The notes beneath the pieces were generated by a model. The model ran no database searches, had not been told where the DNA came from, and worked only from the letters and a program-made list of their open reading frames with translations. From contig NC_057718.1 in assembly GCF_004010195.1 (NCBI RefSeq), positions 50,356,326 through 50,376,325 on the forward strand: a stretch of DNA of 20,000 bases, written 5' to 3'. Positions within the stretch are counted from its first letter, which is position 1. The number at the start of each line of letters is the position of its first letter. This document shows, piece by piece, positions 10,105 through 20,000 of the stretch. A program made the translations under genes and the position numbers. The DNA comes from Chiloscyllium plagiosum (Eukaryota).

Positions 10105-10390
10105 AGATATATGTAAAAAATCCTAAAGTGCTATTTTGTAAAAGAGCAGGTGATTTAGTCTCCTTCTTGTGATCAATATTTATCCCTTACCCAAACTACT
10201 TACCATGACCGGAACTATTAATGTACATTAGCTAGCCATTGTTCCATTGCTTAATGCAAACTGGTTGGTGTGTTTTCTACAGTACAAAAGTGATGTAATT
10301 ATGATCCTATGAGAATCAATGTCCACTATGACTAATGGACATCTTGAGAGTTGCCGCAAAGCTGCAAATACAAGAACTCCCTTCCATCCC
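10105..10390 (+). mobile_element. Ancient Deu-domain-type SINE 3' part
   Basis: gtaaaaaatcc....gctatttt....agagcagg, caatatttatccct and gcaaactggttggtgtgttttctacagtacaaaagtga resemble Deu/L2-tail SINEs; inverse-similar to 4500-4600. Confidence 0.55.
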
Positions 10391-11220
10391 TTTAGGTTGC
10401 AGATTTTACTCTTATTTTATTTAACAGGAAGGTCTATTTTAAGGATTTCTGCACTGATGACAAAAGAGCCAATCAACCTCTTTTGAACCTAAAATAATAG
10501 TTTTTTTTTGTGTTTCTGCTATTGCTGTGGACTTATAATTCTTTAGTGAAGGAGGAAACGGATGAGCTGTTCACTTTATTCCTAAATCTATTCCATAGCA
10601 TGCTGAGATGTAATTTTGATTTCATAATCACATTTCTGATTTTAGATAGAATCATAGGAAGGAGAAACTGAATAAGGGAAGAAGACCCTGCAAGAGGAAA
10701 GTGCCTGTTCTACTTTCACGCAGCTTGTTAGGTTGTTTACATCTTCCAATTTGTTTAAAACTGTTGCTCACTTTAAATAGACATTTAAATAAGTGCAGAA
10801 TTATGTCTTTGTTTTTAACAAGCTCATGATACACGATCCAACATGAGCACTTCAACAACACAATGCATTTTTAACTGATTATTCTTTAAGATTGAGTTTG
10901 CAATTCACTTAGATTATTATATTAAATGAGAACTCGTAAAATGAGTTATCATTCCAACCTCTCTACAATGGATAATGGTTTCCACAAAATAATTTTATCA
11001 GTTCTATCTTTGATCTATAAACTCCATGCATGCCAATACAAAACTGACATTAATATATTATATATATTAACTGACAAATGGATAATTTAGATGGCAGTCA
11101 ACAAGGCCAAGATACACTAAGGGCCACCAATCCCTCTCAGTGATTTTGTCTAAAGTTTGAATCATTTTAGTGCCATTATCATTGATTAACCGATATGTTC
11201 CAGGCCTGTAAGACATGAAT

Positions 11221-11442
11221 GCAGTGGTGTTGGGGTAATGTCATTGGACAAGTAAGCTTGTTTGCCAATATTCTTTCTGGAAGGATATCTAATATCCCTA
11301 ATTGATGCAACTTTAGATCCATAGCAATGTGGTTGATTCTTAACTGCTCTCTGAAATGGCCACAAGGCATGCAGCTCAAGTGTAATTAGGAATAAGCAAT
11401 GGATGCTAGCATAACCAGTGATGCACACCTGCCATGAATGGA
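11221..11442 (+). mobile_element. Old internally deleted SINE, same family as 1940-2162
   Basis: tRNA-like head cagtggtgttggggtaatgtcattggac, then agatccatagcaatgtggttgattcttaactgctctctgaaatggcc and tail aattaggaataagcaat..atgctagc...ccatgaatg. Confidence 0.65.
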
Positions 11443-12017
11443 AGTAAGCCAAATATTTACTGATTTGATGGGAGTTGGTGCATCTTCCAGACAAACTAAG
11501 GTTTCCTCGATGTAATGTAAGAACAAGCAGACAAATTTATTAATCACACACTACACATAGTCAGTCTCCTATCCCAGCAATGTCCCATGTCTGGAATGCG
11601 GAGCTGATTAATTTATTTTTAGAACTCTTAATAAATGTTAATAAACTATACACTAAAAGGAAGTGGCTTTGTTTTGCAAGCCTCTAAAATTATCACTGGT
11701 CTGGTATACTAAGCTGCATTACTAAAAGGAGATTTCTGTAGCGCATACTTATTTTCATAATGATGTAATTGTTGTTACAAACATTAACTTGTAATTTGCT
11801 CCAAACTTTGGTTTCTATTGCTGTGGAGGACACTATTTACAGCAGAGCATTTACATACTAGAAATTATAATAAACATAGTGCTTCAAACAGATTTCAAAT
11901 TTCAGGCAAATGACTCCAACTCAACAATTACAGAGTACAAAACACCATAGGATTACACAGGATTTTCAGCACCAAAACTGGCAATTTAGCCCATTGTTCC
12001 CTATCATCCACAAATAA

Positions 12018-12478
12018 AGTCATAGAGATGTACAGCATAGAAACAGACCCGTCAGTCCAACTTGTTCATGCTGACCAGATATGCTAACCTAATCTCATCC
12101 CATTTGCCAGCACTTGGCCCATATCCCTAAAAACCCTTCCCATTCATACACCCATCCAGATGCCTTTTAAATGTTGTAATTGTACCAACCTCCATCACTT
12201 CCTCTGGCAGCTCGATTCACACACACACACACACTATCCTCTGTAAGTTGCCACTTAGGTCCCTTATAGATTTTTCCCCTCTCACCCTAAACCTATGTGC
12301 TCTAGTACTGGACTCCCCAACCCCAGTGAAAAGACCTTGACTTTTTACCCTATCCATGTCTCTCATGATTTTATAAACCTCAATAAGATCACCTCTCAGC
12401 CTCCAACGCTCCAGGGAAAACAGCCCCAGCCTAGTCAACCTCTCCTTTAGCTCAAATCCTCCAACCCTGGCAACATTC
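12018..12478 (-). mobile_element. 5'-truncated CR1 3' end
   Basis: Colinear with 13666-14118; ORF 12217-12438 encodes LGLFSLERWRLRGDLIEVYKIM; local (AC)n expansion at 12218-12233. Confidence 0.92.
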
Positions 12479-12518
12479 TCTTTTTCTAGTCTGCTTAATA
12501 TTGCATTCTATTCTTCTT

Positions 12519-12711
12519 AGAATCATAGAATCCCTACAGTTTAGAAAGAGGCCATTCAGACCATCAAGTCTGCACTTACTCCCACCTAGACCCACCCCTC
12601 CCCCATCTCTGTAATCCTGCTTTGATGATGGTTAATCCACCTAGCCTACACATCTCTGGACACGACAGGGCAATTTATCATGGCCAATCCACCTAAACTG
12701 CACATCTTTGA
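12519..12711 (-). mobile_element. HE1-related SINE 3' half
   Basis: (tagaatca)n tail + ccctacag; gggcaatttatcatggccaatccacct..ctgcacatctttg matches 608-649. Confidence 0.8.
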
Positions 12712-12789
12712 ATTCGTTCAAAACATTTCTCAAATCTCCATATTGGATTTGTTGGTGACTATGCTATATTCACAAACTGTAATTTTTGA

Positions 12790-12940
12790 ACTTCCCTTTG
12801 AACTTACCCTAAGTGGTAATATTTTATCCATGCCTATCCCATTATATGCTTTCATAATGTACGAGTTTTTTTATCAGGCCCACCCTCAGTTTTCTGTTTG
12901 AAAGCAAACAGCCTCAGTCACTTCAATTTCCATAATAGTA
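12790..12940 (-). mobile_element. Very old CR1 C-terminal fragment
   Basis: tttcataat....atcaggcccaccctcag....aaacagcctcagtc parallels 12361-12435. Confidence 0.45.
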
Positions 12941-15024
12941 TTTCTTTTCATTGGTGTTGGGACAAATAATAATCTCTTAATACTTCTGCTAAGTAGGTTG
13001 GACAACTTAAAATTTACTTAGTTTTAAACTAATATTACATACAATCATATCATCCTATTTAACTTTATAAATAATCATTCACGTTGCACCAAATTTTTAT
13101 TTATATAAACAGCTTAAATGATCCAGGGAAATATATTACTAACGTTATTTAATTGCTTCAAGTTTAAGTTATTGTACTTCTTTAATTACATATTTAATAT
13201 TTTTCTTCCTTCTTTCTCGAACTCTTCACCTTTCTCTTGGCATATAAAATATTCCAAATATATTTGCCAGGTGACTGCACAGTGAAGGAAAAGTATGTGT
13301 TCCTCTGGATCCAAGTATACATTCACAGCATGATATGCTTTTCATATATGTTAGAAACCATTGGTTTAATTGTGTGCATACATGAAAATTGACTGCATCC
13401 CCCAAATCATTACTATTCCTTTGCCTTACTACTCTGCTGCTCCAGTTCTAATTGAGGCTTAAATCCAGCGACCTACAGCAACCTTGTCTACAGCAACCTT
13501 CCATGCTTCTCATGGTATTTTCTGAGGCTCACATCAAGGCACCATCATTGCCATCTTACAAAAAGTAGCCCAAACTGTCCATCCTCTTCTTTTGGTAAAC
13601 TTCATGCGGTTTGATCTTGTGCATCGACTTACAATCCCATTCATTGATGCTACTTGAAGTCAAAGAGTCACAGAGATAGAGCACGGAAACAGACCCTTCG
13701 GTCCAATTCGTCCATGCTGACGAGATATCCAAACCCAATCTAATCCCATCTACCAGCACCCAGTCCACATTCCTCCAAACCCTTCCTGTTCATGTACCAT
13801 CCAGATGCCTTTTAAATGTTGCAATTGTACCAGCCTCCACAACTTCCTCGGGCAGATAGTACCACCCTCTGCATGAAAACGTTGCCCCTTAGGTCATGTT
13901 TATGTATTTCCCCTCTCGCCCTAAACCTATGCCCTCTAGTTCTGGACTCACCCACCCCAAGGAGAAGGCCTTGTCTATTTACCCTATCCATGCCCTTCTT
14001 GAGTTTATAAATCTCAATAATGTCACCCTCCCCCCCACCCGCCTCTGATGCTTCAGGGAAAACAGCCCCAGTCTATTCAACCTCTCCCTATAGCTCAAAT
14101 CTTCTAACCCTGGCAACATCCTTGTAAATCTTTTCTGAACCTTTTCAAGTTTCGCAACATCTTTCTGAAAGAAAGGAGACCAGAATTGCATGCAATATTC
14201 TAACAGTGGCCTAAGCAATGTCCTGTACAGCCTCAACGTGACCACTCAACTCCTGTATTCAATACTCTAACCAATAAAGGAAAGCATACCAAACACCTTC
14301 TTCACTATCCTATCTACCTGTGACTCCACTTTCAAAAAGTTATGAACCGGCACTTCAAGGTCTTTTTGTTCAGCAACACTCCCCAGGACCTTACCATTAA
14401 GTGTATAAGTTCGGCTAAGATTTGCTTTCCCAAAAGGCAAGACCTCACATTTATCTAAATTGAACTCCATCTGCCACTCCACAGCCCATTGGCTCAGTTG
14501 ATCAAGATCCCGTTGTAATCTGAGCTAAACTTCTTCGCTGTCTAATACACCTGAATTTTGGTGCCATCTGCAAACTTACTAATGATACCTCTTAAGCTCA
14601 CATCCAAATCATTTATATAAATGATGAAAAGTATGAAAATGATGGACCCAGCACCAATCCTTGTGGCACTCCACTGGTCACAGGTCTCCAATCTGAAAAA
14701 CAACACTCTGCCACCACCATCTGGCTTCTACCTTAGAGTCAGTTCTGTATCCAAATGGCTAGTTCTCCCTCTATCCCATGAGATCTAATCATGCTCACCA
14801 GTCTCCTATGGGGAACCTTGTCGAATGCCTTACTGAAGTCCATATAGATCACATCCATTGCTATGCCCTCATCAATCCCCTTTGATACTTCTTCAAAAAA
14901 ACTCAATCAAGTTTGTGAGGCATGATTTCCCATGCACAAAGCCATGTTGACTATCCCCAATCAGAGCTGAAAAATGTGTTGCTAGAAAAGTGCAGCAGGT
15001 CAGGCAGCATTCAAGGAGCAGGAG

Positions 15025-15060
15025 AATCGACGTTTCAGGCATAAGCCCTTCTTCAGGAAT
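15025..15060 (-). ncRNA. Minimal type I hammerhead ribozyme, near-intact
   Basis: AUUC-CUGAAGA-A-GGGC-UUAU-GCCU-GAAA-CGUC-GAUU; core boxes intact, stem II closes with G-U instead of G-C. Confidence 0.75.
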
Positions 15061-15168
15061 GAGGAGGATGTGCCAAGCAAGCTAAGATAAAAGGTAGGGA
15101 GGAGGGACTTGGGGGAGGGGCGTTGGGAATGCGACAAGTGGAAGGAGGTTAAGGTGAGGGTGATAGGC

Positions 15169-15601
15169 NNNNNNNNNNNNNNNNNNNNNNNNNNNNNNNN
15201 NNNNNNNNNNNNNNNNNNNNNNNNNNNNNNNNNNNNNNNNNNNNNNNNNNNNNNNNNNNNNNNNNNNNNNNNNNNNNNNNNNNNNNNNNNNNNNNNNNNN
15301 NNNNNNNNNNNNNNNNNNNNNNNNNNNNNNNNNNNNNNNNNNNNNNNNNNNNNNNNNNNNNNNNNNNNNNNNNNNNNNNNNNNNNNNNNNNNNNNNNNNN
15401 NNNNNNNNNNNNNNNNNNNNNNNNNNNNNNNNNNNNNNNNNNNNNNNNNNNNNNNNNNNNNNNNNNNNNNNNNNNNNNNNNNNNNNNNNNNNNNNNNNNN
15501 NNNNNNNNNNNNNNNNNNNNNNNNNNNNNNNNNNNNNNNNNNNNNNNNNNNNNNNNNNNNNNNNNNNNNNNNNNNNNNNNNNNNNNNNNNNNNNNNNNNN
15601 N
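15169..15601. other. Assembly gap (433 N)
   Basis: Run of N inside the PLE, flanked by G-rich sequence. Confidence 1.
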
Positions 15602-15838
15602 GCGGTTGCAGGGGAAGGTGCCGGGAGTGGAGTTTGGGTTGGTGGGGGATGTGGACCTGATGAGGGAGTCGCAGAGTGAGTGGTCTTTCTGGAATGCTGA
15701 TAGGGGAGGGGAGGGAAATATATCCTTGGTGGTGGGGTCTGTTTGGAGGTGGCGGAAATGCGGAGGATGATACGATGTATCTGGAGGTTGGTGGGGTGGT
15801 AGGTGAGGGCCAATGGGGTTCTGTCCTGGATAGTTCTC

Positions 15839-15874
15839 ATTCCTGAAGAAGGGCTTATGCCAAAAACGTCGATT
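15839..15874 (+). ncRNA. Minimal hammerhead ribozyme, inactivated copy
   Basis: AUUC-CUGAAGA-A-GGGC-UUAU-GCCA-AAAA-CGUC-GAUU; GAAA>AAAA removes G12. Confidence 0.65.
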
Positions 15875-16573
15875 CTCCTGCTCCTTGGATACTGCCTGAC
15901 CTGCTGCGCTTTTCCTGCAACACATTTTTCAGCTCTGATCTCCAGCATCTGCAGTCCTAACTTTCTCCTATCCCTAATCAGTCCTTGCCTTTCCAAATAC
16001 ATATATATCCTGTCCCTCAGGATTCCCTCCAACAACTTGCCCACCACTGATATCAGGTTCACTGGTCTATATTTCCCTGGCTTGTTCTTGCCACCTTTCT
16101 TAAATAGTGGCACCACATTAGCTAACCTCCAGTCTTCCAGCACCTCACCTGTGACTACCGATTATACAACTATCTCAGCAAAGGGCCCAGCAATCACTTC
16201 CCTAGCTTCCCACAGAGTTCTAGGGTACACCTGATCAGGTCCTGGGGATTTTTCCATTTTTATGCATTTCAAGACATCCAACAATTCCTCCTCTGTAATA
16301 TGGTCATTTTTCAAGATGTCACTATTTTTTCCTGATATTCTATATCTTCCATGTCCTTTTCCACAGTAAACACTGATGCAAAATGTTCATTTAGTATCTC
16401 CCCCATCTCCTATGGCACCACACAAAGGCTACCTTGCTGATCTTTGAGGGGCCCTATTCTCTCCCTAGTTACCATTTTGTCCTTAATGTATTTGTAAAAC
16501 CCTTTGGATTCTCCTTAACTTTATTTGCCAAAGCTATCTCATGTCCCCGTTTTGCCCTCCTGATTTCCATTTT

Positions 16574-18625
16574 CAGTATGTTCCTGTTAGGGAGAAAGGA
16601 AAGGCTGGTAGGTGTAAGGAATGCTGGATGATGAAAGAAATTGAGGGTTTGGTTAAGAAAAAAAAGGAAGCATATATAGGTCAGGTATATAGATCAAATA
16701 AATCCTTAGAAGAGTAGAAATGCAGTAGGACTATACTTAAGTTGGAAATCAGGAGGGCAAAAAGGGGACATGAGATAGCTTTGGCAAATAGAGTCAAAGA
16801 AAATCCAAAGGGTCTTTACAGATACATTAAGGACAAAAGGGTAACTAGGGAGAGAATATGGCCCCTCAAAGCCTTTGTGCGGAGCCGCAGGAGATGGGGG
16901 AGATACTAAACGAGTGGTTTGCATCAGTGTATACGATGAAAAAAAGGACATGGCAGGTATAGAATTTAAGGAAACATATGGTGATATCTTGAAAATGTCC
17001 ATATTACAGAGAAGGAAGTGCTGGATGTCTTGAAATGTATAAAAGTGGATAAATCCCCAGGACCTGATCAGGTGTACCCTAGAACTCTGTGGGAAGCTAG
17101 GGAAGTGATTGCTGGGCTCCTTGCTGAGATATTTGCATCATCGATAGTCACTGGTGATGTGCCAGAATACTGGAGGTTGGGTAACATGGTGACACTGTTT
17201 AAGAAGGGTAGTAAGAACAAGCCAGGGAACTATAGACCAGTGAACTTGACGTTGGTGGTGGAGGCAAGTTGTTGGAGGCAATCCTGAGGGATAGGATGCC
17301 CATGCATTTGGAAAGGCAAGGACTGATTAGGGATAGTCAACATGGCTTTGTCCATGGGAAATCATGTCTCACAAACTTGATTGGGTTTTTTGAAGAAGTA
17401 ACAAAGAGAATTGATGAGGGCAGAGCGGTGGACGTGATCGATGTGGACTTCAGTAAGGCATTCGGTAAGGTTGCCCATGGGAGACTGGTTAGCAAGGTTA
17501 GATCTCATGGAATAGAGGGACAACTAGCCATTTGGATACAGAAATGACTCCAAGGTAGAAGCCAGATGGTGGTGGTGGAGGGTTGCTTTTCATACCGAAG
17601 GCCTTGTGATTAGTGGAGTGCCACAAGAATCAGTGTTGGTCCACTGATTTCCATCATTTATATAAATGATTTGGATGTGAACTTAAGAGATATCGTTAGT
17701 AAGATTGCAGCTGGCACCAACATTGGAGGTGTAGTGGACAGTGAAGAAGGTTACCTCAGATTACAACAGGATCTTGATCAGATGAGCCAATGGGCTGAGG
17801 AGTGGCAGATGGAGTTCAATTTAGATAAATGTGAAGTGCTGCATTTTGGGAAAGCAAAGCTTAGCAGGACTTACACACTTAATGGTAAGTCCTGGAGAGT
17901 GTTGCTGAACAAAGAGAGCTTGGAGTGCAGGTTCATTGCTCCTTGAAAGTGGAGTCACAGGTAGATAGGATAGTGAAGAAGGCATTTGGTATGCTTTCCT
18001 TTATTGGTCAGAGCATGGAGTAGAGGAGTTGGGAAGTCATGTTGCGGCTGAACAGGACATTCGTTAGGCTACTTTTGGAATATTGCATGCAAATCTGGTC
18101 TCCTTCCTATCGGAAGGATATTGTGAAACTTGAAAAGGTTCAGAAAAGATTTACAAGGGTGTTGCCAGGGTTAGAAGATTTGAGCTATAGGGAGCGGTTG
18201 AATAGACTAGGGCTGTTTTCCCTGGACCGTCAGAGGCTGAGGGGTATTGTTATAAAGGTTTAGAAAATCATGAAGGGCATGGATAGGATAAATAGACAAG
18301 GCCTTCTCCTTGGGGTGGGTGAGTTCAGAACTAGAGGGCATAGGTTTAGGGTGAGCAGTGTAAAATATAAAAGGTACCTAAGGGGCAACTTGTTCACGCA
18401 GAGGGTGGTACGTACATGCAGTGAGCTGCCAGAGGAAGTGGTGGAGGCTGGTACAATTGCAACATTTAAGAGGCATTTGGATGGATATATGAGTAAGAAT
18501 GGTTTAGAAGGATATGGGCTGGGTGCTGGCAGGTGGGACTAGAATAGTTTGGGATATCTGGTCAGCATGGACGAGTTGGAGTGAAGGGTCTTTTTCCTGT
18601 ACACCTCCATGATTCTATGACTCTA
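16574..18625 (+). mobile_element. 5'-truncated CR1 of the same subfamily inserted antisense into the host CR1
   Basis: Plus-strand ORFs 17018-18542 give KSPGPD, QHGF, DFSKAF, WQMEFNLDKCEV and FTQRVV. It has its own tail gattctatgactcta (18611-18625), and the host resumes at 18628. Confidence 0.93.
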
Positions 18626-19696
18626 CATATACTCCTACTGCTTTTATACTCTTCTAAGGATTCACTCGATCTATCCTGTCTGTACTCGAAGTATGCTTCC
18701 TTCTTTTTCTGAACCAAAACCTCAATTTCTTTAGTCACCCAGCATTCTCTATACCTACCAGCCTTTCCTTGCACCCAAATAGGAATATACTTTCTCTGGA
18801 TTCTTGTTATCTCATTTCTGAAGGCTTTTCTTTTTCCAGCCGTCCCTTTACCTGCGAACATCTGCCCCCAATCAGCTTTGAACGTTCTTGCCTAATACCG
18901 TCAAAATTGGCCTTTCTCCAATTTAGAATTTCAATTTTTTGATCTGGTCTAACTTTTTTCCATCACTATTTTATAACTAATAGAAATATGGTCACTGGCC
19001 CCAAAGTGCTCCCCCACTGGCATCTCAGTCACCTGCACTGCCTTATTTTCCAAGAGTGGGTCAAGTTTTGCTCCTTCTCTAGTAGGTACATCCACATACT
19101 GCATCAGGAATTTTACTTGTACACTCTTAACAAATTCCTCTCCATCAAAACCCTTAATACTATGGCAGTCCCAGTCTATGTTTGGAAAGTTAAACCTTCT
19201 ACCATAACCACCCTATTATTCTTACAGATAACTGACTTCTCCTTACAAATTTGTATCTCAATTTCCCTCTGACTCTTACGGGGTCTATAAGTCAATCCCA
19301 ATAAGGTGGTCATCCATTTTTATTTCATAGTTCTACCAAATAACTTCCCTGGATGTATTTCTGGGAATATCCTCCCTCAGTACAGCTGTAATGCTATCCC
19401 TTATCAAACATGCCACTCTACCTCCTCTCTTGCCTCCTTTTCTATCCTTCCTGTAGCATTTGTATCCTGGAACATTAAGCTGCCAGTCCTGTCCATCCCT
19501 GAACCATGTTTCTGTAATTGCTATGATATCCCAGTCCCATCTTCCTAACCATGCCCTGAGTTCATCTGCCTTCCCTGTTAGGCCCCTTGCATTGAAGTAA
19601 ATGCAGGTAAAAACAATGACTGCAGATGCTGGAAACCAGATTCTGGATCAGTGGTGCTGGAAGAGCACAGCAATTCAAGCAGCATCCGAGGACAGG

Positions 19697-19758
19697 CAAA
19701 ATCGACGTTTCGGTCAAAAGCCCTTCACAAAATCGACGTTTCGGGCAAAAGCCCTTCA
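19697..19758. repeat. 31-bp tandem duplication covering the 3' part of the hammerhead
   Basis: caaaatcgacgtttcgg(t/g)caaaagcccttca at 19697-19727 and 19728-19758. Confidence 0.95.
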
Positions 19759-19766
19759 TCAGGAAT
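19731..19766 (-). ncRNA. Minimal type I hammerhead ribozyme, fully intact
   Basis: AUUC-CUGAUGA-A-GGGC-UUUU-GCCC-GAAA-CGUC-GAUU: both core boxes, perfect 4-bp stem II, ACGU palindrome, GUC cleavage triplet. Confidence 0.85.
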
Positions 19767-20000
19767 AAAGGCAGAGAGCCTGAAGCGTGGAGAGATAAGC
19801 TAGAGGAGGGTGGGGGTGGGAGAGAGTGGCATAGAGTACAATAGGTCAGTGGGGAAGGAGATGAAGGTGATAGGTCAGGGAAGAGAGGGTGGAGTGGATA
19901 GGTGGAAAAGGAGCTGGGCAGGTCGGACAAGTCCGGACAAGTCGAGTTACTGGAGGTTAGAAACTAGGATGAGGTGGAGGAAGGGGAAATGAGGAAACTG

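Larger units (their letters stand above)
14965..15967 (-). mobile_element. PLE inserted in CR1, inverted pLTR, 14-bp TSD
   Basis: TSD ctatccc(c/t)aatcag at 14951-14964 and 15968-15981. Arms 14960-15063 and 15836-15939 are inverted, with a 28-nt tail on the right arm. Minus-strand coding relic RTPLALTYHP...HFRHLQTDPTTKDIFPSPPLSAF...SLCDSLIRS...GTFPC (15602-15830) resembles the PLE RT-to-endonuclease linker. Confidence 0.9.
13659..19606 (-). mobile_element. CR1 LINE host copy in three segments (13659-14964, 15968-~16578, 18628-19606)
   Basis: The segments are colinear along ORF2 once the insertions are removed. Order: 3' tail at 13659; LLRPLLEYCMQFWSP; WQMEFNLDKCEV; RT; WRLANVVPLFKKG; linker (ORF 18562-18861); APE region; CIYFNA at 19588-19605. 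It is cut there by a PLE. Confidence 0.9.
19607..20000 (-). mobile_element. PLE terminus (pLTR + tail), runs off the window
   Basis: gactgcagatgctgga..ag..tggtgctggaa.agcacagc matches the termini at 5613-5705 and the reverse complement of 15870-15967; intact hammerhead; purine-rich body. Confidence 0.85.

Noticed and set aside
10630..10670. Possible splice acceptor and terminal exon (RIIGRRN*)
   Set aside because: Too short, no recognisable homology, no supporting upstream exon.
13440..13655. Possible RTE LINE relic and 13-bp direct repeat ctacagcaacctt (13473-13500)
   Set aside because: Protein similarity is too weak to support; the repeat is consistent with ordinary slippage.
15082..16143. 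353-aa and overlapping ORFs suggesting a CR1-PLE fusion protein
   Set aside because: They span 433 Ns and read through an insertion junction; chimeric artefacts.
19697..19758. CRISPR-like 31-bp repeats with internal hairpin
   Set aside because: Two directly adjacent copies, no spacer, no cas genes, eukaryotic context.

Overview
Eukaryotic, repeat-dominated, apparently non-genic DNA. The retroelement families (HE1/V-domain-type SINEs, HER1/CR1-type LINEs, Deu-domain-type SINEs) suggest a cartilaginous fish, which is an inference. No intact host gene is supported; every long ORF is a frameshifted retroelement fragment or its antisense shadow. The window holds one near-complete CR1 LINE (6915-10035, minus) and a nested CR1 complex (13659-19606, minus) interrupted by a Penelope-like element (PLE), an opposite-strand CR1 of the same subfamily and a second PLE. 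It also has older CR1/SINE relics and a 433-N assembly gap. The most notable hidden signal is seven minimal type I hammerhead ribozyme motifs (CUGAnGA-stem II-GAAA-palindromic stem III), plus one partial duplicate, in at least three sequence classes. All lie in PLE termini; two have intact cores (220-254 and 19731-19766, both minus). Three PLE insertions are fold-back elements with 12-16 bp target-site duplications. One carries a 31-bp tandem duplication that could supply the ribozyme's dimer partner in cis. Family names come from recalled consensus features, not from a database search.
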